Virus record (IMG/VR): IMGVR_UViG_3300028734_000012 | Location: 64,001 to 128,000 of that record | Strand: one strand, 5' to 3' | Length of the DNA: 64,000 bases | Source: a virus | In this document: positions 9,826 through 17,127 of the stretch, piece by piece | Layout: every line of letters starts with the position of its first letter | Position numbering within the stretch: position 1 is the stretch's first letter | The notes under the pieces: generated by a model | What the model was told of the DNA's origin: nothing | Database searches by the model: none | Seen by the model: the letters and a program-made list of their open reading frames with translations, nothing else | Position numbers and translations under genes: made by a program

Positions 9826-11055
9826 TTGGGAAATGACCTAAGAAATATCGTTGTTGACACAAGTTCCTTAATGGAGAATGACGGTATCCTTGATGAGTTA
9901 ATCAATGTTTACAATGTTATTATTAACATCGTAGTCGTAGAAGAACTTGACAATTTAAAAACAAACAAAGATTTTGACAGAGCATTTAAAGCCAAACGCG
10001 CTATTAGAAGTTTAGAGAAGTACAAAGATTCAGTACAATTTGATTTAGTCCGTAAAGCAGATGAAGCCTTTACTCAAAATCAATATAACCTTAACGATGA
10101 TGTTATCGTTACTTGCGCAAAACTTAATAATGCATATCTAATGACAGAAGATTTAAATCTTAGAATTAAAGCAAACGTTATCGGTGTTACATGTTCTACA
10201 AAAATAGAAACATCTAATACATATAAGGGTTTTAAAAGAGTTAAATTATCTGATGTAGAAACTGCATATTTTTATGAGCATATGAACGAGAATCAATTTG
10301 ATTCGCTTATTAATGAATACATTGTTATCACTAATAATGTCGAAGCTTTCGAAGATACATATCGTTGGGACGGAAATAAATATATACCTATTAAAACAAA
10401 GAACTTAACTACTGTTGCTTTCGGTTCAGAAATTAAACCTAAAGATGTTTACCAACGTATGGTAATTGACAGTATTCTAAATAATACAATGACTGTTATC
10501 GCAGGAGAAGCAGGAAGTGGTAAAAGTCTATTAGCATTGGTAACTGCTATGTACTTAGTTGAAAATAGAAGCAGTAAATACGAGAGAATCGTTGTACTTG
10601 CTAACCCAACTAAAACCCGTGGTGCTACAGATATGGGATTCTATACTGGTAGTGCTATGGAAAAACTTATGCAATGTTCAATCGGTAATGTCTTAAACAC
10701 TAAGTTTGGTGAACGTAATGGCATTGACCAGTTGATTGCAGGAGATAAACTTAGACTTGTTAGCATGGCTGATTGCCGTGGTATGGAAGTTAGAGATGAC
10801 GAAATCCTATATATCACAGAAGCCCAAAATACAACAGTAGATTTAATGAAATTATGTCTATCAAGAGCAAGTTCAGATTGTAAGATTATTATCGAAGGTG
10901 ATTACAATTCACAAGTAGATAGTAATATGTATGAGAATAAGAACAATGGTATGAAACGTGCTATAGAGGTATTAAAAGGCGAAGATATCTTCGGATATGT
11001 CGAACTTCAAAATGTATGGAGAAGCAAAATTGCTAATCTTGTATACAAATTCTAA
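9826..11055 (+). CDS. phoH: PIN-domain PhoH-family ATPase (PhoH2-like)
   Basis: N-terminal PIN (VVDTS, EELD, NDD, TEDLNL); Walker A GEAGSGKS; RG, EAQN and GD..Q.D motifs. Confidence 0.9.
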   Translation: MGNDLRNIVVDTSSLMENDGILDELINVYNVIINIVVVEELDNLKTNKDFDRAFKAKRAIRSLEKYKDSVQFDLVRKADEAFTQNQYNLNDDVIVTCAKLNNAYLMTEDLNLRIKANVIGVTCSTKIETSNTYKGFKRVKLSDVETAYFYEHMNENQFDSLINEYIVITNNVEAFEDTYRWDGNKYIPIKTKNLTTVAFGSEIKPKDVYQRMVIDSILNNTMTVIAGEAGSGKSLLALVTAMYLVENRSSKYERIVVLANPTKTRGATDMGFYTGSAMEKLMQCSIGNVLNTKFGERNGIDQLIAGDKLRLVSMADCRGMEVRDDEILYITEAQNTTVDLMKLCLSRASSDCKIIIEGDYNSQVDSNMYENKNNGMKRAIEVLKGEDIFGYVELQNVWRSKIANLVYKF

Positions 11056-11080
11056 AATAAATTTAAGGTGGTTAGCTTAG

Positions 11081-11686
11081 TTGGGATTAACTAAAAATGA
11101 ATCTGAATATATAGAGTTCAAACCACAAAATGGTTTGGTCGCACAAATGAAGTTATCATTGGTACTAAATCAAAGAAAGATTTTCTTATATGATGATGTA
11201 AGTGAAAATTCTATTTTTGAATGTATTTACTATCTATATAAGTTAATGGATATGGATAAACGAACAGGAGAAAAATCACCGATTGATATTTTTATTAATA
11301 GCAACGGTGGATATGTTGACGATGGTTTAACATTAATTTCTTTAATTGAGTATATGAAAGATAACGGTTATGATATAACCACAATTAATATGGGTAGAGC
11401 ATATTCTATGGGCTTTATGATATCCATCTGTGGCACTCATAGGAAGTCTTATAGATATGGCAGATACATGGTTCATGATATCTCTTCATGCGCATACGGC
11501 AAGGCACAGCAAATGCAAGAGGATATTGAGGATATGAAGATATCTAGGGCTGTGTTGTATGATATTATCCAAAAATATACTTCTATTACTTTAGAACAAC
11601 TAACAGAATGGCAAGAGAAGAAGATAGATAAATTCTTATCGGCACAAGAACTATTAGAATTAAAAGGAGTAGATGAAATATTATGA
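11081..11686 (+). CDS. clpP: ClpP-like serine protease
   Basis: INSNGG, AYSMG (catalytic Ser), MVHD (His), DKFLSAQE...G.VDEI. Confidence 0.85.
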   Translation: MGLTKNESEYIEFKPQNGLVAQMKLSLVLNQRKIFLYDDVSENSIFECIYYLYKLMDMDKRTGEKSPIDIFINSNGGYVDDGLTLISLIEYMKDNGYDITTINMGRAYSMGFMISICGTHRKSYRYGRYMVHDISSCAYGKAQQMQEDIEDMKISRAVLYDIIQKYTSITLEQLTEWQEKKIDKFLSAQELLELKGVDEIL

Positions 11687-12042
11687 GTGAAATTAAAGAA
11701 CAACCTATTCAGTTCTCACCAGAGGAAATGGATATGGTTCAATCCCCTAGTGATTATATCGAAGAAAACATTATCCATTTAGATACAAAGAAATTGGATA
11801 AAGCTAGATTAGATGATATTTTGTTTGCTAAAGGCATCAATTCGGTTTCAGAGTTATGTGGTGCTATCAGTGCTTTAGTTAGCGTTGGTATCTCACCACC
11901 TATGGCTATGATGTATCTATCGGAGCGTGAGGGCACTATTTTAGCAATGGAACATACTCTTAACCTTAGTAAGATAAACGCTAATGCGACCGTAGAAGCT
12001 TCTAAATTTGAAAGTATTAATCTTCAAAAAAATATGTTATAA
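11683..12042 (+). CDS. hypothetical protein
   Basis: Overlaps the clpP stop codon. Confidence 0.65.
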   Translation: MSEIKEQPIQFSPEEMDMVQSPSDYIEENIIHLDTKKLDKARLDDILFAKGINSVSELCGAISALVSVGISPPMAMMYLSEREGTILAMEHTLNLSKINANATVEASKFESINLQKNML

Positions 12043-12058
12043 TTAATTTCTAAATCAC

Positions 12059-12274
12059 TTGACAAATTAATTGGATTATACTATAATATATATAGAAACA
12101 AAAATACATATTAAAAAAAAGAATTTTTAATTAATTTAGAAAACTACTTGACAAACAATATAAATTATACTATAATATATATAGAGACCAAGTAAATAAC
12201 AAAACTTAATAAAAAAAAGAATTTTTAAAAAGTTTTAAAAATTACTTGACAAACACTACAAATTATACTATAAT
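12059..12274 (+). promoter_or_regulatory. three tandem consensus sigma-A promoters (12059-12087, 12148-12176, 12246-12274)
   Basis: Each reads TTGACA-N10-ATTATAC-TATAAT with exact 17-nt spacing, in ~90-100-bp repeated units. Confidence 0.9.
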
Positions 12275-12298
12275 ATATATAGAGAACAGAAACACTAA

Positions 12299-12353
12299 AA
12301 GATACTTACAGCTATTAACTACATAAAAATTATATTTTTTATTTAGTATCTTG
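12299..12353 (+). ncRNA. ACAGC-stem RNA copy 1
   Basis: AAGATACT-TACAGCTA...AGTATCTTG. Confidence 0.7.
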
Positions 12354-12359
12354 TTTTTT

Positions 12360-12433
12360 AAGGCACTTACAGCTAACTAATAATAGAAAGAATACATACT
12401 AAATATATATTTACTTTAATTATTAGTGCCTTG
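12360..12433 (+). ncRNA. ACAGC-stem RNA copy 2
   Basis: AAGGCACT-TACAGCTA...AGTGCCTTG. Confidence 0.7.
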
Positions 12434-12504
12434 GTAATATCGCATTTAAAAGTGAAAGCTTTTAAAAATATAAAATATTTATGAATTAAAGGGAGAAAAT
12501 CAAC

Positions 12505-12786
12505 ATGACTAGTAAAACATTTATTAAAGCAGTAGCAGATGCTACAGGTAAGACACAGAAAGACACTAAAGCATTCCTTGACGGTGTAGAGACAGTACTT
12601 AAATCAACAGTCGCATCAGCAGTTGTTGGAGAAAAAGTTAAAGTTCTTGATACTACATATACAGTTAAAGATGTATCCGCAAGAGAAGGCAGAAATCCTG
12701 CAACTGGTGAATCTATTTCAATTCCTGCAACAAAGAAAGTTGCACTTAAAGTATCTAAGGATTTCAAGGATGTAGTTAAAGCCTAA
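12505..12786 (+). CDS. hup: HU family DNA-binding protein
   Basis: AREGRNPATGESISIPA...K.SK.FKD.V motif. Confidence 0.95.
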   Translation: MTSKTFIKAVADATGKTQKDTKAFLDGVETVLKSTVASAVVGEKVKVLDTTYTVKDVSAREGRNPATGESISIPATKKVALKVSKDFKDVVKA

Positions 12787-12870
12787 TTTTAACTAAAACG
12801 GATATAATGCTTAAAATATTATAAACGCTTAGATGAAGCCGTGAGTGATGGCTTAAAATCACTCAAATAT

Positions 12871-12945
12871 ATCACTGTAATTTAACTGGTAAAATACGAA
12901 ACTGATAATTTCGATTTCTAAGTCCAAGTCTTAGCGGTGATACCA
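12871..12945 (+). tRNA. tRNA-Ile(GAT)
   Basis: Acceptor ATCACTG/CGGTGAT; anticodon arm CGAAA-CTGATAA-TTTCG; encoded CCA; T-loop slightly degenerate. Confidence 0.8.
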
Positions 12946-12948
12946 TTT

Positions 12949-12985
12949 GGGTTTGTCATATAATGGTTATTATGTGACGTGATTT
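12949..12985 (+). pseudogene. 5' half of an interrupted tRNA
   Basis: GGGTTTG acceptor strand and D-arm (ATATAATGGTTATTAT), with no adjacent 3' half. Confidence 0.5.
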
Positions 12986-12987
12986 AA

Positions 12988-13085
12988 ATAGGTTTTATAT
13001 TATAATTGCAATTATAATATAAGTAATTAATTTTATTACCACAATTAATAAAATTCCCTATAATATCTTTTATTGTGGAAAGGAT
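12988..13085 (+). ncRNA. HNH-leader three-way-junction/kissing-loop RNA, copy A
   Basis: Same length and structure as 16039-16136, with compensatory changes. Confidence 0.75.
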
Positions 13086-13092
13086 AATAATT

Positions 13093-13794
13093 ATGGATAT
13101 TAGTAAAAAGCAAATTGAAGAAACTGCAATACATTCTACTTCTTTAAGTGATTTGTTAGGAAATTTAGGTTTTACTAAAAGTGGTGCTAATACAAAAAAT
13201 TTAAATAAGTTAATTAAAGAATATAGCATTGAAACTAAATTTAATACTATAGTACATCGTATAGTAAATAATGATGACATATTTATTCAAGATAGTACTG
13301 CAAATCAATCAACTTTAAGACGTCATTATTATGAATTAACTAAAGAAAATTATCATTGTTATATTTGTGGACAAGAATCAGCATGGTTTGGAAAAGAACT
13401 TTCTTTAACATTAGACCATATTAATGGAGATAATCATGACGATAGATTTGAAAATTTAAGATGGATTTGTCCAAATTGTGATAGGCAACTTGATACTTTT
13501 AGTGGAAAAAATATTAAAAATAGAAAGTCTAAATTGTTAGATTCAAAAACGTGCAAAAGTTGTGGAAAAGAATTTATTCCTAAAAATACAATTCAAGAAT
13601 ATTGTTGTATAGAATGTGTCCATATATCTCAAAGAAAAACAATTAGACCATCTAAAGATGAGTTGTCAATATTAATTCGTAATTATACTTTTGTAGATTT
13701 AGGAAAGATGTTTGATGTTTCAGATAACACTATTAGAAAATGGTGTAAAATATATGGTTTACCATATTTAAAATCTGAAATTTTAAATACATAA
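13093..13794 (+). CDS. HNH homing endonuclease with Zn finger and C-terminal HTH
   Basis: CYICG...LTLDHINGDNHDDRFENLRWICPNCD; AAAGGA RBS before ATG 13093. Confidence 0.85.
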   Translation: MDISKKQIEETAIHSTSLSDLLGNLGFTKSGANTKNLNKLIKEYSIETKFNTIVHRIVNNDDIFIQDSTANQSTLRRHYYELTKENYHCYICGQESAWFGKELSLTLDHINGDNHDDRFENLRWICPNCDRQLDTFSGKNIKNRKSKLLDSKTCKSCGKEFIPKNTIQEYCCIECVHISQRKTIRPSKDELSILIRNYTFVDLGKMFDVSDNTIRKWCKIYGLPYLKSEILNT

Positions 13795-13801
13795 TTATTT
13801 T

Positions 13802-13876
13802 GGTTGTATAGTATAGCGATTATTACATCGGACTGTCACTCCGAAAATCAGAGTTTAACTCTCTGTATAACCGCCA
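13802..13876 (+). tRNA. tRNA-Asp(GTC)
   Basis: TCGGA-CTGTCAC-TCCGA anticodon arm; GCCA end; degenerate T-loop. Confidence 0.75.
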
Positions 13877-13880
13877 AATA

Positions 13881-13917
13881 ACAGTAAATCCGAGTTCGAT
13901 TCTCGGCATTCCCGCCA
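13881..13917 (+). pseudogene. 3' half of an interrupted tRNA
   Basis: Intact T-arm CCGAG-TTCGATT-CTCGG plus CATTCCC-GCCA, with no adjacent 5' half. Confidence 0.65.
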
Positions 13918-13952
13918 AAACCGTAAGTGATGGTTATATAATCACTTAATAA

Positions 13953-14030
13953 TACAGGGTAGAGAAGTTTGGTCATCTCATTAGGCTCATAACCTAAAAA
14001 TCGCTAGTTCGAATCTAGCCCCTGCAACCA
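13953..14030 (+). tRNA. tRNA-Met(CAT), initiator-like
   Basis: TTAGG-CTCATAA-CCTAA anticodon arm; GTTCGAATC T-loop; ACCA end. Confidence 0.8.
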
Positions 14031-14062
14031 AGGAAACCTATATCCTTTAAAGTAGGTGATAT

Positions 14063-14138
14063 ATCTGTTGGACGGTAAGGTATCGTTGTCTATCTCATAA
14101 GTAGATACAATTCGCTTCGATTGCGAAAGCAGATACCA
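14063..14138 (+). tRNA. atypical tRNA-Met/Ile2(CAT)
   Basis: ATCTGTT/AGCAGAT acceptor; TCTAT-CTCATAA-GTAGA anticodon arm; ACCA end; non-canonical D region. Confidence 0.6.
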
Positions 14139-14176
14139 GAATTTTATTTAGAATGGTGGTGTGTTATTAAACAATA

Positions 14177-14608
14177 ATGAAAAATGGTGAATACATATTA
14201 GTTGTTGCCCCAAAAAATTACGATGGTAAAAAATATAGAAATAAATATTGTTATGAACATATTTTAGTTTATTGGGAATATTATAAAATATTACCAAAGG
14301 ACAATGAAATTATACATCATATTGATGGTAATAAACATAATAATGACATATCTAATTTAAAATTAATGTCAAAATTAGAACATGATATATTACATAAAAA
14401 TAAAAGAGGAATTAAATTTGTAATGCTAAAATGTACTGGATGTGGTAAAATTTTCGAAAAAGAAAAGAGAAAAACATTTTTAATTAGTGGTGGAAAATTT
14501 ACTTGTTGTTGTCGTAAATGTATAGGTATAACCACTGGATTAAATCAAGAAGAAAAAAATAAAAGGATATCTCAAAATTTAATATATGAATTTACTAAAT
14601 ATAAATAA
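14177..14608 (+). CDS. HNH homing endonuclease
   Basis: YEH...IHHIDGNKHNNDISNL...H; C-terminal CxxC...CC..C. Confidence 0.85.
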   Translation: MKNGEYILVVAPKNYDGKKYRNKYCYEHILVYWEYYKILPKDNEIIHHIDGNKHNNDISNLKLMSKLEHDILHKNKRGIKFVMLKCTGCGKIFEKEKRKTFLISGGKFTCCCRKCIGITTGLNQEEKNKRISQNLIYEFTKYK

Positions 14609-14619
14609 ATCAATTATAT

Positions 14620-14691
14620 TCTGGTGTAACACAACGGTAGTGTAATTCCCTGTTAAGGAAAAGGCTGTTGGTTCAAGTCCAACCACCAGAG
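14620..14691 (+). tRNA. tRNA-Asn(GTT), no encoded CCA
   Basis: TCTGGTG/CACCAGA acceptor; TTCC-CTGTTAA-GGAA anticodon arm; GGTTCAAGTCC T-arm. Confidence 0.85.
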
Positions 14692-14692
14692 C

Positions 14693-14765
14693 GTTCCACA
14701 ATTTACAGTAACCTTTACGTGGTGTGGAATATCAACTATCTAAATTGATAGGCTAATAACTGTAA
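14693..14765 (+). ncRNA. HDV-like (theta) self-cleaving ribozyme 1
   Basis: P1 GTTCCAC/GTGGAAT, P2 TTACAGT/ACTGTAA, P3 ACC/GGT, L3 TTTACGT, P4 ATCAA/TTGAT, J4/2 GGCTAA. Confidence 0.75.
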
Positions 14766-14804
14766 TTATTAATAATAGGTATATAATCATAATAGAGAAA
14801 ACAT

Positions 14805-14878
14805 AGCACCATCGAATAAAAGTAATTCGCAAGGTTCTCAACCTTGTAATCTGGTGGCAGAATCCAGTGGTGTTACCA
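14805..14878 (+). tRNA. tRNA-Glu(CTC), atypical T-loop
   Basis: CAAGG-TTCTCAA-CCTTG anticodon arm; ACCA end. Confidence 0.65.
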
Positions 14879-14882
14879 ACAT

Positions 14883-14958
14883 GGCACATTAGGCAAGTGG
14901 ACTAAGCCGTCACCCTTTCACGGTGAAGACACCGTTTCAATTACGGTATGTGTCTCCA
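14883..14958 (+). tRNA. tRNA-Glu(TTC)
   Basis: TCACC-CTTTCAC-GGTGA anticodon arm; CCA end. Confidence 0.85.
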
Positions 14959-15010
14959 TAGTTCTCTTTTAGTGCTTTTCTATCTTTGCAAATAGTAAAA
15001 GCGCATTTAT

Positions 15011-15093
15011 GTCGAAGTGATGGAATGCATACATGCTAGTTTTAGAAGCTAGTGCCGAAAGGATTAGGAGTTCAAATCTCCTCTTCGACACCA
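15011..15093 (+). tRNA. tRNA-Leu(TAG)
   Basis: CTAGT-TTTAGAA-GCTAG anticodon arm; long variable arm; ACCA end. Confidence 0.85.
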
Positions 15094-15122
15094 TTGACAA
15101 TCTGGAAAGACAGATAAAATAT

Positions 15123-15197
15123 GGAAGATTAGCTTATGTGGTAAAGCAGTAGTCCGAAGAACTACGGAATCCTATTCGAACGAGGAATGTTCCACCA
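15123..15197 (+). tRNA. tRNA-Phe(GAA), atypical (C33, irregular T-arm)
   Basis: GTAGT-CCGAAGA-ACTAC anticodon arm; ACCA end. Confidence 0.6.
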
Positions 15198-15321
15198 GTT
15201 GAACAACGCAGGATACATATACGTTATAGGAGTAGGCACTAGTGCCCGCACCAAATTCTAAAAAATTAAGTAAATAGAGTGATATCCCTATCTGAAAGAT
15301 TTTTAAGTGTATCCAATATAT

Positions 15322-15396
15322 GGGGTCTGTAGTGTAATGGTAGCACGGAAAATTGTGATTTTTTAAGTAACAGTTCAATTCTGTTCATTCCCACCA
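15322..15396 (+). tRNA. tRNA-His(GTG)
   Basis: GAAAA-TTGTGAT-TTTTT anticodon arm; acceptor stem with two mismatches; CCA end. Confidence 0.7.
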
Positions 15397-15427
15397 AGCA
15401 ATAAGCACGGCTTTGTAGATGCTTTTA

Positions 15428-15486
15428 AAGACACACACAGCGATACAATAATAATAAAATATTTGCTTTTTATTAACTGTGTCTTG
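15428..15486 (+). ncRNA. ACAGC-stem RNA copy 3
   Basis: AAGACACA-CACAGCGA...TGTGTCTTG. Confidence 0.7.
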
Positions 15487-15565
15487 TTATCTAATTGGGT
15501 TCGTAACCTCAATTTCTTTGCGGCGAAGAGTTTAAATATGAGCCGAAAATAAGTTACGATTATAC

Positions 15566-15655
15566 GGAGAATAAACCAGACAGGCGAACTGGAACTGCCT
15601 TGAAAACAGATTGATGTTTAACAGCATTGGGTTTCGAGTACTCTGTTCTCCGCCA
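15566..15655 (+). tRNA. tRNA-Ser(TGA)
   Basis: GGAGAAT/GTTCTCC acceptor; CTTGAAA loop; long variable arm; GCCA end. Confidence 0.8.
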
Positions 15656-15764
15656 AATTAGTGTGAAAATGGAACAACCACGCTATCTTACCTATAGAGA
15701 GTTTAAATAAATATAGGTGTTGACCTAATTAGGGTAGTAAAACTAATTTGTTGTTCCAAAATAT

Positions 15765-15840
15765 GTACTATTAGTGTAAATGGCAAGCACTTCTGCCTTC
15801 CAAGCAGAGAATTTCGGTTCAAGTCCGAAATGGTACACCA
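15765..15840 (+). tRNA. tRNA-Gly(TCC)
   Basis: TCTGC-CTTCCAA-GCAGA anticodon arm; ACCA end. Confidence 0.85.
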
Positions 15841-15891
15841 AACCTACTTTTCTGTTGCTTGGCTGTAGATAATGTGGAACAGAATTTTTAT

Positions 15892-15963
15892 CGAGGATGA
15901 GTTGTAATGGTATGCATGTGTACCTTGGACGTATGCGGAGAGGTTCGATTCCTACATCTTCGA
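15892..15963 (+). tRNA. tRNA-Pro(TGG), degenerate, no encoded CCA
   Basis: CGAGGAT/ATCTTCG acceptor; CTTGGAC loop; GGTTCGATTCC T-arm. Confidence 0.65.
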
Positions 15964-16035
15964 GTTAGACAAGATAATATACCTCTATGTGGTGTCAAAC
16001 ATCAACTGTTATTTATAACAGGCTAAATTATTATC
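15964..16035 (+). ncRNA. HDV-like (theta) self-cleaving ribozyme 2
   Basis: P1 GTTAGAC/GTCAAAC (one mismatch), P2 GATAAT/ATTATC, P3 ACC/GGT, L3 TCTATGT, P4 CTGTTA/TAACAG, J4/2 GCTAA. Confidence 0.7.
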
Positions 16036-16038
16036 AAA

Positions 16039-16136
16039 ATAGGTTTTTATATAGTGTTGCAACATTATATAAAGTAATTAAACTAATTGCTACTATCAAT
16101 TAGTTTCCCTATTAAATCTTTTATAGTAGAAAGGAT
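16039..16136 (+). ncRNA. HNH-leader three-way-junction/kissing-loop RNA, copy B
   Basis: Structural homolog of 12988-13085. Confidence 0.75.
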
Positions 16137-16140
16137 AGAA

Positions 16141-16965
16141 ATGTTAAGTCAAGAAGAATTTGAAAAAAGAATATCTATTACATTTAATGATACGATTGAG
16201 ATTTTATCTGATTATAAGGGTAAGAGAAAAGACATAGAACTTAAATGTAAGAAATGCGGTTATCAATGGAATGTAGTTGCACAAAATGCAATGTATGGAA
16301 AACAAAGAAACTGTCCAGAATGTGAAATTGATAAAAAGAAAACAGGAGATTCTATAGTATGCGCTAATTGTGGCAAGAAAATATATAGAGTAAAGTCAAA
16401 GATGAGTAAATCAAAAAGTGGCTTGTACTTCTGTAATAGGAATTGTTCAAGTACATATTTTAATCATTCTAGTAATATAGTATCTATAAATAATTATAGA
16501 GATAAAGCTATAGATTATTATGGTGCAAAGTGTGAACTATGTGGAGACAATGAAGATATAAGATTATTAGATGTACATCATATTGATGAAAACAGATGTA
16601 ATAATGAAATTAATAATCTAATTGTTTTATGTGTTAAATGCCATGCTAAAATTACAAGAGGTATAGATAAACTTATTGATAGAACTCTGATAATAAATGA
16701 AGATAATATTGATAAAAATAACTCTGTGCATTGTAAGCCAGAAACAGTACATAAAAAATATTGTAAAATAAATTGTTATGATAAAACAGATAATCTAATA
16801 AAATCATTTAATAAAATGTCTGATGCATTAGATTGGTTAAAACAATTTTACCAAAATCCATCATCTACTCATATAATAGAATGTATCTTACATAAGAGAA
16901 AAAGTGCATATAATTATATTTGGGTTGGAGTGACTATAAATAAAAAGATACTTACAGCTATATAA
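16141..16965 (+). CDS. HNH endonuclease with Zn ribbons and C-terminal NUMOD1-like domain
   Basis: CELCG...DVHHIDENRCNNEINNLIVLCVKCH; KSAYNYIW; RBS before ATG 16141. Confidence 0.85.
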   Translation: MLSQEEFEKRISITFNDTIEILSDYKGKRKDIELKCKKCGYQWNVVAQNAMYGKQRNCPECEIDKKKTGDSIVCANCGKKIYRVKSKMSKSKSGLYFCNRNCSSTYFNHSSNIVSINNYRDKAIDYYGAKCELCGDNEDIRLLDVHHIDENRCNNEINNLIVLCVKCHAKITRGIDKLIDRTLIINEDNIDKNNSVHCKPETVHKKYCKINCYDKTDNLIKSFNKMSDALDWLKQFYQNPSSTHIIECILHKRKSAYNYIWVGVTINKKILTAI

Positions 16966-17023
16966 ATTAATGATTTAGAATATGAAATTGTATAGGAATA
17001 TTAAGCGTGTAAGCAGTATCTTG
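16945..17023 (+). ncRNA. ACAGC-stem RNA copy 4
   Basis: AAGATACT-TACAGCTA...AGTATCTTG; overlaps the last codons of the HNH gene. Confidence 0.7.
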
Positions 17024-17031
17024 TAAATGGA

Positions 17032-17101
17032 AAGGCACATACAGCTAATTTTAAAATCAAGAAGAATATTATAATTCTACTAATTTTTATTTAGTGCCTT
17101 G
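17032..17101 (+). ncRNA. ACAGC-stem RNA copy 5
   Basis: AAGGCAC-ATACAGCTA...GTGCCTTG. Confidence 0.7.
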
Positions 17102-17127
17102 TCAATAGTTTTAAGTAAAGAGGTCAT

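Noticed and set aside
12986-13880. Group I intron inside the split tRNA
   Set aside because: No P3-P7 core motifs or suitable terminal G found; the anticodon stem halves do not pair
15096-15115. ATCTG-GAAAGA-CAGAT hairpin as a riboswitch or hammerhead fragment
   Set aside because: Too short, and the remaining conserved core elements are absent
15172-15378. Minus-strand 68-aa ORF in the tRNA cluster
   Set aside because: Antisense to tRNA-Phe and tRNA-His; no coding signal
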